Part shown: positions 20,295-29,462 of the stretch, piece after piece
Position numbering within the stretch: position 1 is the first letter of the stretch
Layout of the letters: every line of letters begins with the position of its first letter
Virus record (IMG/VR): IMGVR_UViG_3300036390_000001
Coordinates: 10,116-74,115 of that record
Direction: 5' to 3' (one strand)
Origin: a virus
DNA length: 64,000 bases
Made by a program: the position numbers and the translations under genes
Notes under the pieces: generated by a model
The model's database searches: none
Told to the model about the DNA's origin: nothing
Seen by the model: only the letters and a program-made list of their open reading frames with translations

Positions 20295-21227
20295 ATGGCA
20301 ATGACTTTATTGGAATCAGCAAAGGTAGCTGATTCGATTGAAAACGCAACAATTATTGAAGAATACGCAGCCCAAAGCGACATCCTGCGCGTACTTCCTT
20401 TTGAGAATCACGACGGTACAGGCATTCACTACAACCGCGAAGATGAACTTCCTGGTGTTGGTTTCCGTGGTATCAACGAGGCTTACGAAGAATCGGTAGG
20501 TGTCCTCAATCCACAATCAGAATCTTTTAAGATTGCTGGTGGCGACTTAGACGTAGATAAATTTATTTTGGACACCCAGGGAGAGGGTGTCCGCACGGTT
20601 CATGAGCTACAGAAGGTCAAATCTTTGTCTTTAATGTGGACGCGCAACTTTATCAAAGGCGACAGTCGCGTTAACCCTCGCGCATTTGATGGCTTACAGG
20701 TTCGTCTTACTGGCTCACAACTTCTTGATAACGCACCCGCAGGCGGCGCCTTATCTCTCCTAAAACTTGATGAAACAATTGACCAAGTTGATCAACCTAC
20801 TCACGTAATGATGTCGAAGGCTATGCGGCGCCGACTTACACAAGCGGTTCGTAATGGCTTAGGTGGTCAAATCGAGTTTCGCATGGACGAGTTCGGCAAG
20901 CAAGTCATGTTCTACAATGACCTGCCAATTTTGATTGCTGACTACGATAACTTCGGTAACGATATTTTAGGCTTCACCGAAGCTTCTAGCGACGGCACCA
21001 ATGTTCAATGCACATCTATATATGTAATGTCTTTGGGTCCAATGAAACTTGTCGGGATTCAAGGGCGCGCTGATGGTCGCTACGGAATTACTACACGCGA
21101 CTTAGGAGAATTAGAAACCAAGCCCGTAAAACGCACCCGTGTTGAGTGGTACAACGCTTTGGCTTGTTACCACGGCCGCGCCGCTGCAAGGCTTCAAGGT
21201 GTCACCAACGCTCCAGCAATCGCTTAA
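20295..21227 (+). CDS. Major capsid protein (HK97-like fold)
   Basis: MAMTLLESAK..ILRVLPF..YNRE..LPGV.FRGINE.Y..GGDLDVDKFI..FDGL..RTRVEWY..AARL.GV. Confidence 0.9.
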   Translation: MAMTLLESAKVADSIENATIIEEYAAQSDILRVLPFENHDGTGIHYNREDELPGVGFRGINEAYEESVGVLNPQSESFKIAGGDLDVDKFILDTQGEGVRTVHELQKVKSLSLMWTRNFIKGDSRVNPRAFDGLQVRLTGSQLLDNAPAGGALSLLKLDETIDQVDQPTHVMMSKAMRRRLTQAVRNGLGGQIEFRMDEFGKQVMFYNDLPILIADYDNFGNDILGFTEASSDGTNVQCTSIYVMSLGPMKLVGIQGRADGRYGITTRDLGELETKPVKRTRVEWYNALACYHGRAAARLQGVTNAPAIA

Positions 21228-21281
21228 TCGCTAATCCCTTAAACCTTCATCACACCTTCGTATCCGAAGGTAAAAATATAT

Positions 21282-21692
21282 ATGCCACGCTCAACAATAT
21301 CAAACCGCCGCGCGGTTCATTTTGATAAGTCATTAGAACTACGTAACGCTTCAAACCCTGCAATCTCTAGTGGAACAGCAGAAACAGGGGTGGACTTCCC
21401 AGTTCGTAAACAAATGAAATACACAGCTGCGGTACATACCACTGGCTACACTGGCTACGTTGCTACAACCGCTGAATGGCAAGTTGCCATCGAAGTATCC
21501 GCTACTCTCGCTGGAACATATGTACAAGTAGGTATCGCGCCTCTCCCTGGAGCCGGCGGAGATGTGCTGATTCCTCTTGATGGCGCCTACGTCGAAGATA
21601 TTTTGGCGACCGCCGAATTCATCCGCGCGCGCTCAATCAAAGTTGGTAGCCCCGGCAATTTAGTCTACGGAGCATACGTTTCGCCATGCTAG
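21282..21692 (+). CDS. Putative capsid decoration / cement protein
   Basis: Beta-rich 136 aa protein immediately after the capsid gene. Confidence 0.55.
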   Translation: MPRSTISNRRAVHFDKSLELRNASNPAISSGTAETGVDFPVRKQMKYTAAVHTTGYTGYVATTAEWQVAIEVSATLAGTYVQVGIAPLPGAGGDVLIPLDGAYVEDILATAEFIRARSIKVGSPGNLVYGAYVSPC

Positions 21693-21931
21693 ACCCCGTG
21701 ACTTTATATAAAGACGGCGCCTGCAAAAAAATTCCAGCAATTGACCATCGCGCTTGGATAAATGCAGGGTGGTCACTGACTGAAACTTCACTTACCTTCT
21801 TATCAGAAGGTGGTTCGCTAGAAGAAGGCGCCTCTATGACTGAAGGCGAGGAAGTTTTATCAGAAGAAATATCCAACCCACCTTCTGACAAGAAGGTAGA
21901 AACAAATAAGCGCAAATCCCTCAATCAATAA
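21686..21931 (+). CDS. Small head-associated hypothetical protein
   Basis: D.RAWINAGW motif; coupled to neighbours. Confidence 0.55.
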   Translation: MLDPVTLYKDGACKKIPAIDHRAWINAGWSLTETSLTFLSEGGSLEEGASMTEGEEVLSEEISNPPSDKKVETNKRKSLNQ

Positions 21932-21936
21932 TAGCT

Positions 21937-23694
21937 ATGGCAGAGCCGCTACAAAGCCCTTACAGCAAAGTCAATATTGTTGACGCTGAAGGCAATTTAG
22001 TTAACCTTGGCGGCGGCAGTGGCGATAGTGGTACTACTATTGGTGGCGCCACTGCCGCAAACCAAGTAACCCAAACTCAAGTACTCCAAAATATTGATGC
22101 CGACTTAGGCACCGACATTACTGGCGCCGTGATGCCTGCTGGTGGCGCCGGAGTTAGAGGCTGGTTGTCGGCAATTTATAATTTCTTATCATCGAGGCTT
22201 CCTGCGCTTGTTAGTGGGCGCGTACCTGTTGATGTTGCTTCGCTATCAGTAACGGTTAATAACGCGCAGTTAGAAATTGCCAATGATGCCGGCAATCCGA
22301 TTCCTGTCGATGGCTCGGTTAGTGTAAGCAATTTTCCAGCCACTCAGCCAGTAAGCGGCGCCGTCAGTATTTCTAATTTTCCAGTTACTCAGCCAGTAAG
22401 CGGTGCCGTAAGTATCTCTAATTTCCCCGTTACTCAGCCAGTAAGTGGGACAATTGCTTTTAGTAATACATCAATTGGTGTATCTTCATTGCCTGCTTTA
22501 CCCGCTGGCAATAATGCGATAGGCTCGGTTAGTATTTCTAATTTTCCAGCTACTCAACCAATAAGCGGCGCTGTCAGTATTTCTAATTTTCCAGCCACTC
22601 AACCAATAAGCGGAACCGTAGCAATAAGCAATTCTTCAATCGAAATTGCTAACGACGTGGGCAGCCCGATTCCTGTTAATGGCAGTGTAAATATTGGTAA
22701 CTTTCCTACTACCCAAGTAGTTAGTGGAACTGTCGCTATTAGTAATTCTTCAATTGAAATTGCTAATGATGTTGGCAGCCCTATTTCAATCGGCGGTGTT
22801 TACAATGTGACGTCGCCGACTTTAACCAATGGACAGGGCAGCAATATTCAGCTTAGTGTTCGCGGGAATGTATTAATTGATTGTGTTGATTATGTTAGCT
22901 CGCCAACAAACATTCAAGCCGTTGACACTAATTCCACAACATCAATAGGGCAAGATAATCAAGTAATTATTAGAGGCAATCCTAGCAATAATAGTTTTGC
23001 TTCTTATGCCTCTTCTGGTAACAGCAGCTTTGCAATATTAATTGAAAATCAACCTGCCGCAACTCCTTTTGTTGGAACACTACAAATCGAGCGTAGCTTA
23101 GACGGAAACATCTGGACTTCTATCGGCGCCTTTGTTGCTGGTTCGCGGTTTGTGCGCTCACAAATTACAGCCGAAGCAGTATTGCATGGTAATTGTTCAA
23201 GCAGCCAATTTCTAAGAGTTCGTGCTATTGCGTGGACTTCAGGAATCGCGCGAGTTACCTTTTTAGCTGGACAAGGGACAGGCACGACAACAGTTGGAAA
23301 CCCGCTGAGAATATTTGACCAAGTTAGCGGCGCCGAGCTAACGATTAAAGCGGCAAATGTATCTGCTACTTCGGCAGACCCCGCTGTTGTTGTCACTAGT
23401 AGAGATAAACCCTCAACGATTAATACTAATATTCCAAATTCTTTTCCAGTTAGCAGTACCGCCAGTGTGATTGCTTTGAATAACGACAGAAAAGGATTAA
23501 CTATTTCTAACCCCCTAGCCTTTGATATTTTCGTAGGGTTTCAATCAACCGTTTCATCCACTTCTTACGCCGTGAAAATTCCTCCTTCTGATAGCTATGG
23601 CTATTGGGAAGCGCCATACAATTACGTAGGAATTATCTCTATCGCAACCGCCACTGGCAATAGTGGAAATATTTTTGTCAGGGAGCTAATTTAA
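21937..23694 (+). CDS. Fibre-like virion protein with 14-aa tandem repeats
   Basis: VSISNFPxTQPxSG and IEIANDxGxPI repeats. Confidence 0.7.
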   Translation: MAEPLQSPYSKVNIVDAEGNLVNLGGGSGDSGTTIGGATAANQVTQTQVLQNIDADLGTDITGAVMPAGGAGVRGWLSAIYNFLSSRLPALVSGRVPVDVASLSVTVNNAQLEIANDAGNPIPVDGSVSVSNFPATQPVSGAVSISNFPVTQPVSGAVSISNFPVTQPVSGTIAFSNTSIGVSSLPALPAGNNAIGSVSISNFPATQPISGAVSISNFPATQPISGTVAISNSSIEIANDVGSPIPVNGSVNIGNFPTTQVVSGTVAISNSSIEIANDVGSPISIGGVYNVTSPTLTNGQGSNIQLSVRGNVLIDCVDYVSSPTNIQAVDTNSTTSIGQDNQVIIRGNPSNNSFASYASSGNSSFAILIENQPAATPFVGTLQIERSLDGNIWTSIGAFVAGSRFVRSQITAEAVLHGNCSSSQFLRVRAIAWTSGIARVTFLAGQGTGTTTVGNPLRIFDQVSGAELTIKAANVSATSADPAVVVTSRDKPSTINTNIPNSFPVSSTASVIALNNDRKGLTISNPLAFDIFVGFQSTVSSTSYAVKIPPSDSYGYWEAPYNYVGIISIATATGNSGNIFVRELI

Positions 23695-24614
23695 TGCCGT
23701 TATATAGATACAATTCAACAGCAGTAAAACCACTTATTTACAGATACACAACAACCGGAACCTTTGTATTAAATTACCCCAAAACTTACACTTTTTGCAG
23801 GATGATTTTATGCGGTGGTGGCGGTGGCGGTGGGAGCGGAAGGCGCGGCGCCGCAGCTTCTGCTCGTTGGGGTGGTGGCGGTGGTGGAGGCGCCGGAATC
23901 AGCGACTGGATATTTAATTTAGAAAACGTCAATAACACGACTTTTCCAAATTTTAGTATCACTGTTGGCGCAGGTGGAGCGGGTGGCGCCGTTACAACAA
24001 CAAACGATACGAATGGTAACAACGGCGTAACAGGGAACGATTCAAGTATTTCGCTTGCAAGCTCCGACGGCACCGCGCAACAAATTATTATTTACGCGCC
24101 TGGAGGATTACTAGGTCAGAGCGGTAGCGCATCTGCCGGAAACGGTGGGGCAGGTGGTAGCGCTTGTGTTTATCCTGGCGCCTCTGGAGGAAACAGCGGA
24201 CTTGCGGCTACAGCAAATAGCGGAGGGTCGGGCAATACAGGGATAGCCGGTGGCGGCGGAGGTGGCGGAATAAGTACAGGTAACGTCGCTTATACGGGCG
24301 GTTCTTGCGGTGTTAGTCAAAGATTTAGACTAAACACTACTGCATTTAATACTGCATCCCAAGCAGGAGGCGCCGCATCTCAAGTAGCCGACGCATCTAA
24401 TGGTATATCGGCATCTGTCCCAACAAACTATACAGATTTTATCTTTGGAAATTCTGGCTCTGGTGGCGGCGCGTCAAGCGCTGGGGCTGGTGGTAGAGGA
24501 GGGGATGGAATCTTTGGTAGTGGTGGAGGAGGAGGAGGCGCTAGTCTAAATGGCTTCAATTCTGGCGCTGGGGGTAAGGGTGGGGACGGCGCCGTTTATT
24601 TAGTTTTTTACTAA
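23694..24614 (+). CDS. Glycine-rich phage tail-fibre-type protein
   Basis: GGGGGGG, ITVGAGGAGG and GGKGGDGAV motifs. Confidence 0.75.
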   Translation: MPLYRYNSTAVKPLIYRYTTTGTFVLNYPKTYTFCRMILCGGGGGGGSGRRGAAASARWGGGGGGGAGISDWIFNLENVNNTTFPNFSITVGAGGAGGAVTTTNDTNGNNGVTGNDSSISLASSDGTAQQIIIYAPGGLLGQSGSASAGNGGAGGSACVYPGASGGNSGLAATANSGGSGNTGIAGGGGGGGISTGNVAYTGGSCGVSQRFRLNTTAFNTASQAGGAASQVADASNGISASVPTNYTDFIFGNSGSGGGASSAGAGGRGGDGIFGSGGGGGGASLNGFNSGAGGKGGDGAVYLVFY

Positions 24615-24621
24615 CTAATTA

Positions 24622-24677
24622 AGGAAGAAGAAAGAAGGCAGAAGGCAGAAGGTAAAATACTTCTTTCTTCTTTCTTC
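24622..24677. repeat. Inverted heptamer tandem repeat (STRR-like); possible terminator
   Basis: GAAGAAA/GAAGGCA units facing CTTCTTT units. Confidence 0.6.
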
Positions 24678-24856
24678 GTTTAGTTACAATTTTAAGCGCG
24701 CAAAAACATTTAATCGCTTAAAACTTTACCCTACAGAGCTTTTGTTGCCTGAAAAAAGGTATATTGTACCTATTAGATAAAAGAATGAAGAAAGCAGAAG
24801 CGCTGACATATCTAGCTTCTGCTTTTTCGTTGGCGCATCCTTTTAATCTCTGCGTC

Positions 24857-24903
24857 GTGCCAAATCATGCCAAATGATGCCAAGACATGCCAGGATAAGG
24901 CAC
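24857..24903. repeat. Four tandem 10-bp repeats upstream of the integrase (putative att arm sites)
   Basis: RTGCCARRNN x4 plus an inverted GGCAC. Confidence 0.6.
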
Positions 24904-24904
24904 A

Positions 24905-26041
24905 ATGTTAGTTACATTATTAGCACGCGGCGCCGACATCATGACTGATTTTGACAAGAAGCTAGAAGAAGTCAACGCTCGATTACGAGGCGCCAAGTTA
25001 AGAGTTTCTATATTCCAGCGTCAAAACAAACTATGGCTGCGGGCAACTCTCCCACCCAAACCCCACATCAGGCGAGAGGGAAATTACCAGCAAGCAGTAA
25101 GTATCAACTGTAATGCCACAATTGCTGGATTGAAATACGCCGAGCAAAAAGCCAAGCAGATGGCGGTCGAACTAGATACAGGCGCATTTGATTGGGCGCG
25201 CTGGATTGAAGTCAAGCCCGACAATGAAGAGCCAAAAATAATTCATGAATGGATAAATAAATTTCATGAGCATAAAGCTTCCACTTCCGCGCTCGCTTCT
25301 TCTACATGGAAGTTTGATTATTTAGGGGTTGGGCGCAAACTGCCTCAACAGGAAGAACTATCAGTAGAAGTGTTAATAAAGTTTATTTTTGCTAATAGTA
25401 AACCTGACACGCGCACTCGCAAGCGCCTTGTTGGCTACTGCGCGCAGCTGGCAGAGTTTGCACTTCTCCCTTCTAAAGAAATTAGGACGCTAGAAGGCAG
25501 TTACTCAGCTAAATCCGTAAACCCGCGCGCGCTACCAAGTGACGAAGAAATTCAAGATTTTGTAGACAGTATCAAAGAGCCTGGATGGAAATGGATTATA
25601 GCAGCAATTGCCACTTATGGACTGAGGAGTCATGAGGCATTTTTTACAGATTTAGCGCGCTTCCCCAAAATCCGGGTAACCGAAGGCAAGACAGGCGCCC
25701 GCGTGATACAACCTCTTTATCCAGAGTGGGCGCCACGCTGGAATCTACAAAATAAAATCCTACCTTCATATCAGAAGGTAGATGCTGCCCACGAAGAATA
25801 CACTTTGAAAATTAGCGCTTGGATGTGCCGCAACAGTCCATTCAAAGCGCTTGATTTGCGTCATTGCTACGCGCGCCGATGCTTCCAATTTGGATTTGAC
25901 CCTACCCAATCAGCCAAGCTAATGGGACACTCGTGGCAAATCCACCTTCAAACCTACCGCGCGTGGATTGATGAAGAAGTTTATGATAAGGCTTATCTGG
26001 CTAAAATCAGCAACCCAAATCGACCACTACCACCAAACTAA
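24905..26041 (+). CDS. int: Tyrosine integrase
   Basis: YGLRSHE, LRHCYAR, MGHS..H...Y catalytic motifs; N-terminal arm-binding region; likely start 24941. Confidence 0.92.
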   Translation: MLVTLLARGADIMTDFDKKLEEVNARLRGAKLRVSIFQRQNKLWLRATLPPKPHIRREGNYQQAVSINCNATIAGLKYAEQKAKQMAVELDTGAFDWARWIEVKPDNEEPKIIHEWINKFHEHKASTSALASSTWKFDYLGVGRKLPQQEELSVEVLIKFIFANSKPDTRTRKRLVGYCAQLAEFALLPSKEIRTLEGSYSAKSVNPRALPSDEEIQDFVDSIKEPGWKWIIAAIATYGLRSHEAFFTDLARFPKIRVTEGKTGARVIQPLYPEWAPRWNLQNKILPSYQKVDAAHEEYTLKISAWMCRNSPFKALDLRHCYARRCFQFGFDPTQSAKLMGHSWQIHLQTYRAWIDEEVYDKAYLAKISNPNRPLPPN

Positions 26042-26106
26042 CAGTTCGCAATTCGCAGTTCGCAGTTCGCAGTTAAATTCAATTGCGACTTGCGAATTGC
26101 GAATTG
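26041..26106. repeat. Inverted heptamer repeat between convergent int and xis
   Basis: (CARTTCG)n facing (TTGCGAA)n; cyanobacterial STRR type. Confidence 0.7.
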
Positions 26107-26110
26107 GTAA

Positions 26111-26356
26111 TTATCTTTGGTGAGTAGGCGTGGCTCTAAGGCGCCGTATCGCTTCTAAATTTATTTTTATATTGCGCTTCTTGCTGCTGGGCGGCGCGTC
26201 GTTTACCCAATGAATGCCTTCGATAAAGTATTCGGCTTCGATGTACCGCAAGATACTGCGGCGACTAAAACCGCGTCCTAATATCCTGTACGCTTCGTCG
26301 ATGGGCACACAGTCTTGTTCGTTAATAGTCGCTTTCAGTAAATTAGTTTTGGGCAT
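26111..26356 (-). CDS. Excisionase-like DNA-binding protein
   Basis: Small wHTH (VPIDEAYRILG..S..IL..I...F.EGIHW) convergent with int. Confidence 0.65.
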   Translation of the reverse strand: MPKTNLLKATINEQDCVPIDEAYRILGRGFSRRSILRYIEAEYFIEGIHWVNDAPPSSKKRNIKINLEAIRRLRATPTHQR

Positions 26357-26368
26357 AATTTTATGTTA

Positions 26369-26587
26369 CTAAAAATCCTCATCGGCGCCGCTAATTTCGG
26401 CGCCATACTCGTTCATCAAGGCGCCCACCCTCTCAAGCAATACTAGAGCTTTGGCGCGCTCATCTTTTAGCTGGCTTTGCTCGTAAAACTCCTTGTCGTG
26501 CGCTTCGATTCCTCCAAGGGCAATGAAGAGAGCGTTTGCGGCGCCGTAGGCTTTAATGAGGTGGTTCCATGTTTTTACGTTTTTCAT
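26369..26587 (-). CDS. Hypothetical protein
   Basis: Coupled ORF with GAGG RBS. Confidence 0.6.
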   Translation of the reverse strand: MKNVKTWNHLIKAYGAANALFIALGGIEAHDKEFYEQSQLKDERAKALVLLERVGALMNEYGAEISGADEDF

Positions 26588-28053
26588 TCACCCTCCCAAG
26601 CATCTTTTTCAAGTTCTTGACACTGTGCTGAGATAGAACCCCAATCAATGTTATTTAAAGCATTGCTAGGCGTTGAATTAGTAGCTTTTGGTAGCGCATT
26701 TTGATTGATAAATACTTTCACAATATCTCCACTGCTATCTCTCTCAAGCCCATATCTTCTGACCATAGCAAGCTTTTGGGCTTCCTGTTTCAATACATTG
26801 CTGGCGCCATTTAACCATTCATTTAGTAATTCAACCTCTTTTTCTGGCTGATTGTAAAAGCTTCTCTGGCGCCTTAATTCAGCCTCAATATCAACTTCTT
26901 CCAATGCAGGCAATGCTTTGATAGTAGCGGCGCATTGCGCTTCTTCAAATGGCAATGCTTGAGAAGTTGGTGTGGCTGATTTAGTTGGCATCAAGACATC
27001 AGCGCCGCGCTCTACTAAGGTTGTAATATTGTTCATGAGCGCTTGAACGTTTTCTTCAGTTGCTTCGGGCAATGGCACAAAGTAACTGGGTAAAATCGCC
27101 TTTTGCCCATCATTCTGAAGCTGATTACAGGAATCAGTGGTCGTGTTCAAATACGCCAAGAACTCTTTAAAAATTTCGTTAGCGCCTTTGGGGTCTCTAT
27201 AAAACTGATTACGAGCATAGATGCGGGCGCCTGTCTCTCGATGTCCGCCTTGAGGCTTGTAATGCCTCTCTGCCCACCAAGTTAAAAACAACGGGTAAGG
27301 CTCGTCCAGCGCTATCTCCCACACATGCAATTCTCGACTATCATTTTGTGTATTCGCTATTGTTCGTTTTTTCGGCATATCCGAACAAGCGCGGGAAAGT
27401 TGATCTGAATTAGGGACTTCAGTTTTAACAAAAGACTCTTGAATTAGTCCGTTGACTTTAGAGTTTTGGGGCGCCTCTTCTTCTTGTGTTTTAAAAACCT
27501 CTTTCTCTTGCCCTTCCTCATCTGCGAGAGATAGGGTTTTTTTTGTATATATAGTAGAAAATTCACTAGCGCAGGTTGGATTCTGCATTAGTGAATCTTC
27601 CAATCTGCATTTTTGAAGATTGGCGCCCAGCAAGGATTCTGGGTCATAGCCAATCCAATCCGCGAGTTCAGCTAGCTTTGAGATGCATAGTGTCATCCAG
27701 CTGGTTTGGTTATATTCTTGGAATCCAACTGGCTTATTAATCAGGCGCCTTTTCAAGGATGAGAACGTTTCTTTGACAACGATGCCCAAACCACATAATG
27801 ACCGAATCATGCGACCAATTTGAGACTCAGACATGCAGGGGAACTGCTGGCGCCAGTGTTCGTAAGTGTTGTAAATGAATTTTTCGCCATCTTTTGTAAG
27901 ATGTCCCGACTTGGTGTTTAGCCAAAAAGCCAACTGGTTAACAAATATTGCCGCAGCGGTTGGGTTGGGGACTCCTAAGTCTTTAAGCGCGGCCGCAAGC
28001 ATGGGTGTATAGGCTTTAGGGCGGTTATCGATTTCAATCTGTCTATCGCTCAT
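26584..28053 (-). CDS. Phage replication initiator (wHTH)
   Basis: AIFVNQLAFW..DG.KFIYNTYE.W..QFP.MS...IGR...L..LG N-terminal motif. Confidence 0.75.
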   Translation of the reverse strand: MSDRQIEIDNRPKAYTPMLAAALKDLGVPNPTAAAIFVNQLAFWLNTKSGHLTKDGEKFIYNTYEHWRQQFPCMSESQIGRMIRSLCGLGIVVKETFSSLKRRLINKPVGFQEYNQTSWMTLCISKLAELADWIGYDPESLLGANLQKCRLEDSLMQNPTCASEFSTIYTKKTLSLADEEGQEKEVFKTQEEEAPQNSKVNGLIQESFVKTEVPNSDQLSRACSDMPKKRTIANTQNDSRELHVWEIALDEPYPLFLTWWAERHYKPQGGHRETGARIYARNQFYRDPKGANEIFKEFLAYLNTTTDSCNQLQNDGQKAILPSYFVPLPEATEENVQALMNNITTLVERGADVLMPTKSATPTSQALPFEEAQCAATIKALPALEEVDIEAELRRQRSFYNQPEKEVELLNEWLNGASNVLKQEAQKLAMVRRYGLERDSSGDIVKVFINQNALPKATNSTPSNALNNIDWGSISAQCQELEKDAWEGE

Positions 28054-28715
28054 TCCTCTACCTCCCCATCTAAAAAAAGTTTGTCTAAATAGCCATCTAT
28101 AAGTCCATTGATGTAATTTTCTGGGTTAACTATATAACCGTACTGCTCATACGTAAACGCAATTCGCTGAGGAATCTGCTCATAAACAAATTTGTGTATT
28201 TTTTTTATCTCGCTCAAGCTCTTCGCATTTGCAAAAATTAGAAGCAAGCTAACATTTAAGTCAAAAGACTTATCGTTTTCGCTATATATTTGATGTACTT
28301 GGGTGAGAAAATTCTTGGCAGAGCGAGCCATGTACGTAAGAGTATAAGAGCCTTTAAGGATGTAAGGCGGAGTCGCTTTGCGTCCTAAATGTGACAAAGG
28401 TTTTTTCTTCAAAGGGCTGTTTTCAGAGTCTTCTATGTTCTCGTCGAATTCAAAATATTCTCCATGAACGCGACAATGTGAAAAAAGTTTATGTAAACAC
28501 TTTTCATCGGTTACGCAATCTGGAGTCCAAAAGCAGTCTTTGACGATTAATGGGTATGGAGATTGTGTTGTTATTTTTTGACTCCTAACCAAAGGGTTGT
28601 TAGATCGACCAATCTTATATCTTGGCGTGCCTTCGGCTTTAAGCAAATAAACATATCCACTTCTACCAGACGGGATATCGTTTATTGTTGATGTGCTAAA
28701 ATTGTATTCAAGCAT
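28050..28715 (-). CDS. T5orf172/MUG113 (GIY-YIG-like) domain protein
   Basis: GYVYLL...YKIGRS..P..R...QSPY..E..LH..F...RV.GEYF. Confidence 0.85.
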   Translation of the reverse strand: MLEYNFSTSTINDIPSGRSGYVYLLKAEGTPRYKIGRSNNPLVRSQKITTQSPYPLIVKDCFWTPDCVTDEKCLHKLFSHCRVHGEYFEFDENIEDSENSPLKKKPLSHLGRKATPPYILKGSYTLTYMARSAKNFLTQVHQIYSENDKSFDLNVSLLLIFANAKSLSEIKKIHKFVYEQIPQRIAFTYEQYGYIVNPENYINGLIDGYLDKLFLDGEVEE

Positions 28716-28788
28716 TTGGTCCTTTCTTAATATTTGTTGAGATGGGAATCAATTCTCGCTTCATCTGTGCAATAGATGAGGCGAGATT

Positions 28789-29016
28789 TTAATAGCGCCC
28801 AAAGAACGGCGCCAACAAAATCTTCTTCTTCAACCTATAACAAAGCGCAGGCGTGGCGCCATCACTCCAGAAAACTTCAACCTCGCCTTCTGCAATCAAT
28901 GTACTTATCGGTTGACGTAGCGCGGGATAATCGGTGCCTGTTTCGTCTTTAATCTCCCCCAGTGTTTTATCACCATTAGTAAGCGCTTGTTTAATCCTGT
29001 CCGTAAGGTTGCTCAT
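28789..29016 (-). CDS. Small winged-helix protein
   Basis: Tandem paralogue of 29020-29211. Confidence 0.65.
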   Translation of the reverse strand: MSNLTDRIKQALTNGDKTLGEIKDETGTDYPALRQPISTLIAEGEVEVFWSDGATPALCYRLKKKILLAPFFGRY

Positions 29017-29019
29017 TTT

Positions 29020-29211
29020 TTAAACCCTCTTCAGTTTGTAATAAATTTTGCCGCTAACGAGGCGCTGCTCGATTTCACCCGCATCGACTAAGCGCGATGC
29101 CTCTGCGAATATTTCTGGGTAATAGGCGCCTTCGATTGAGTTTCTTATTTCGCCCGGTGTTTTATCACCGGTGGCGAGAGTTTTTTTAATTTGGTCTGCG
29201 AGTTTTTCCAT
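29020..29211 (-). CDS. Small winged-helix protein
   Basis: L.DQIKK.L..GDKT.GEI; paralogue of 28789-29016. Confidence 0.65.
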   Translation of the reverse strand: MEKLADQIKKTLATGDKTPGEIRNSIEGAYYPEIFAEASRLVDAGEIEQRLVSGKIYYKLKRV

Positions 29212-29234
29212 AAATGTAGATGCCCCTAATGGGC

Positions 29235-29462
29235 TTATAAATTTTCAACTAAGTATCTGTTACGGCGCCTCTTGAGAACGCCCTCGGAAGCAAGCACTTT
29301 CATACAAATAATGACTTTCTCGCGCGTCATGTTTGTTTTAGCCATGACTTCGGACACAGTACAGTCCGAAATCCTTAAGACATCTCTTACTGACTGCATT
29401 TCTAAGTCGCTGCCACTTTTGTAGCCTTTATCGCGCAAAAACATATTCTTTGGTTTATTCAT
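29235..29462 (-). CDS. Small winged-helix protein
   Basis: TVSEV...T.M.RE.V...M..L..EG.L. Confidence 0.55.
   Translation of the reverse strand: MNKPKNMFLRDKGYKSGSDLEMQSVRDVLRISDCTVSEVMAKTNMTREKVIICMKVLASEGVLKRRRNRYLVENL

Noticed and set aside
13050-24614. Diversity-generating retroelement or retron acting on tail genes
   Set aside because: No reverse transcriptase and no TR/VR pair with adenine-specific mismatches seen
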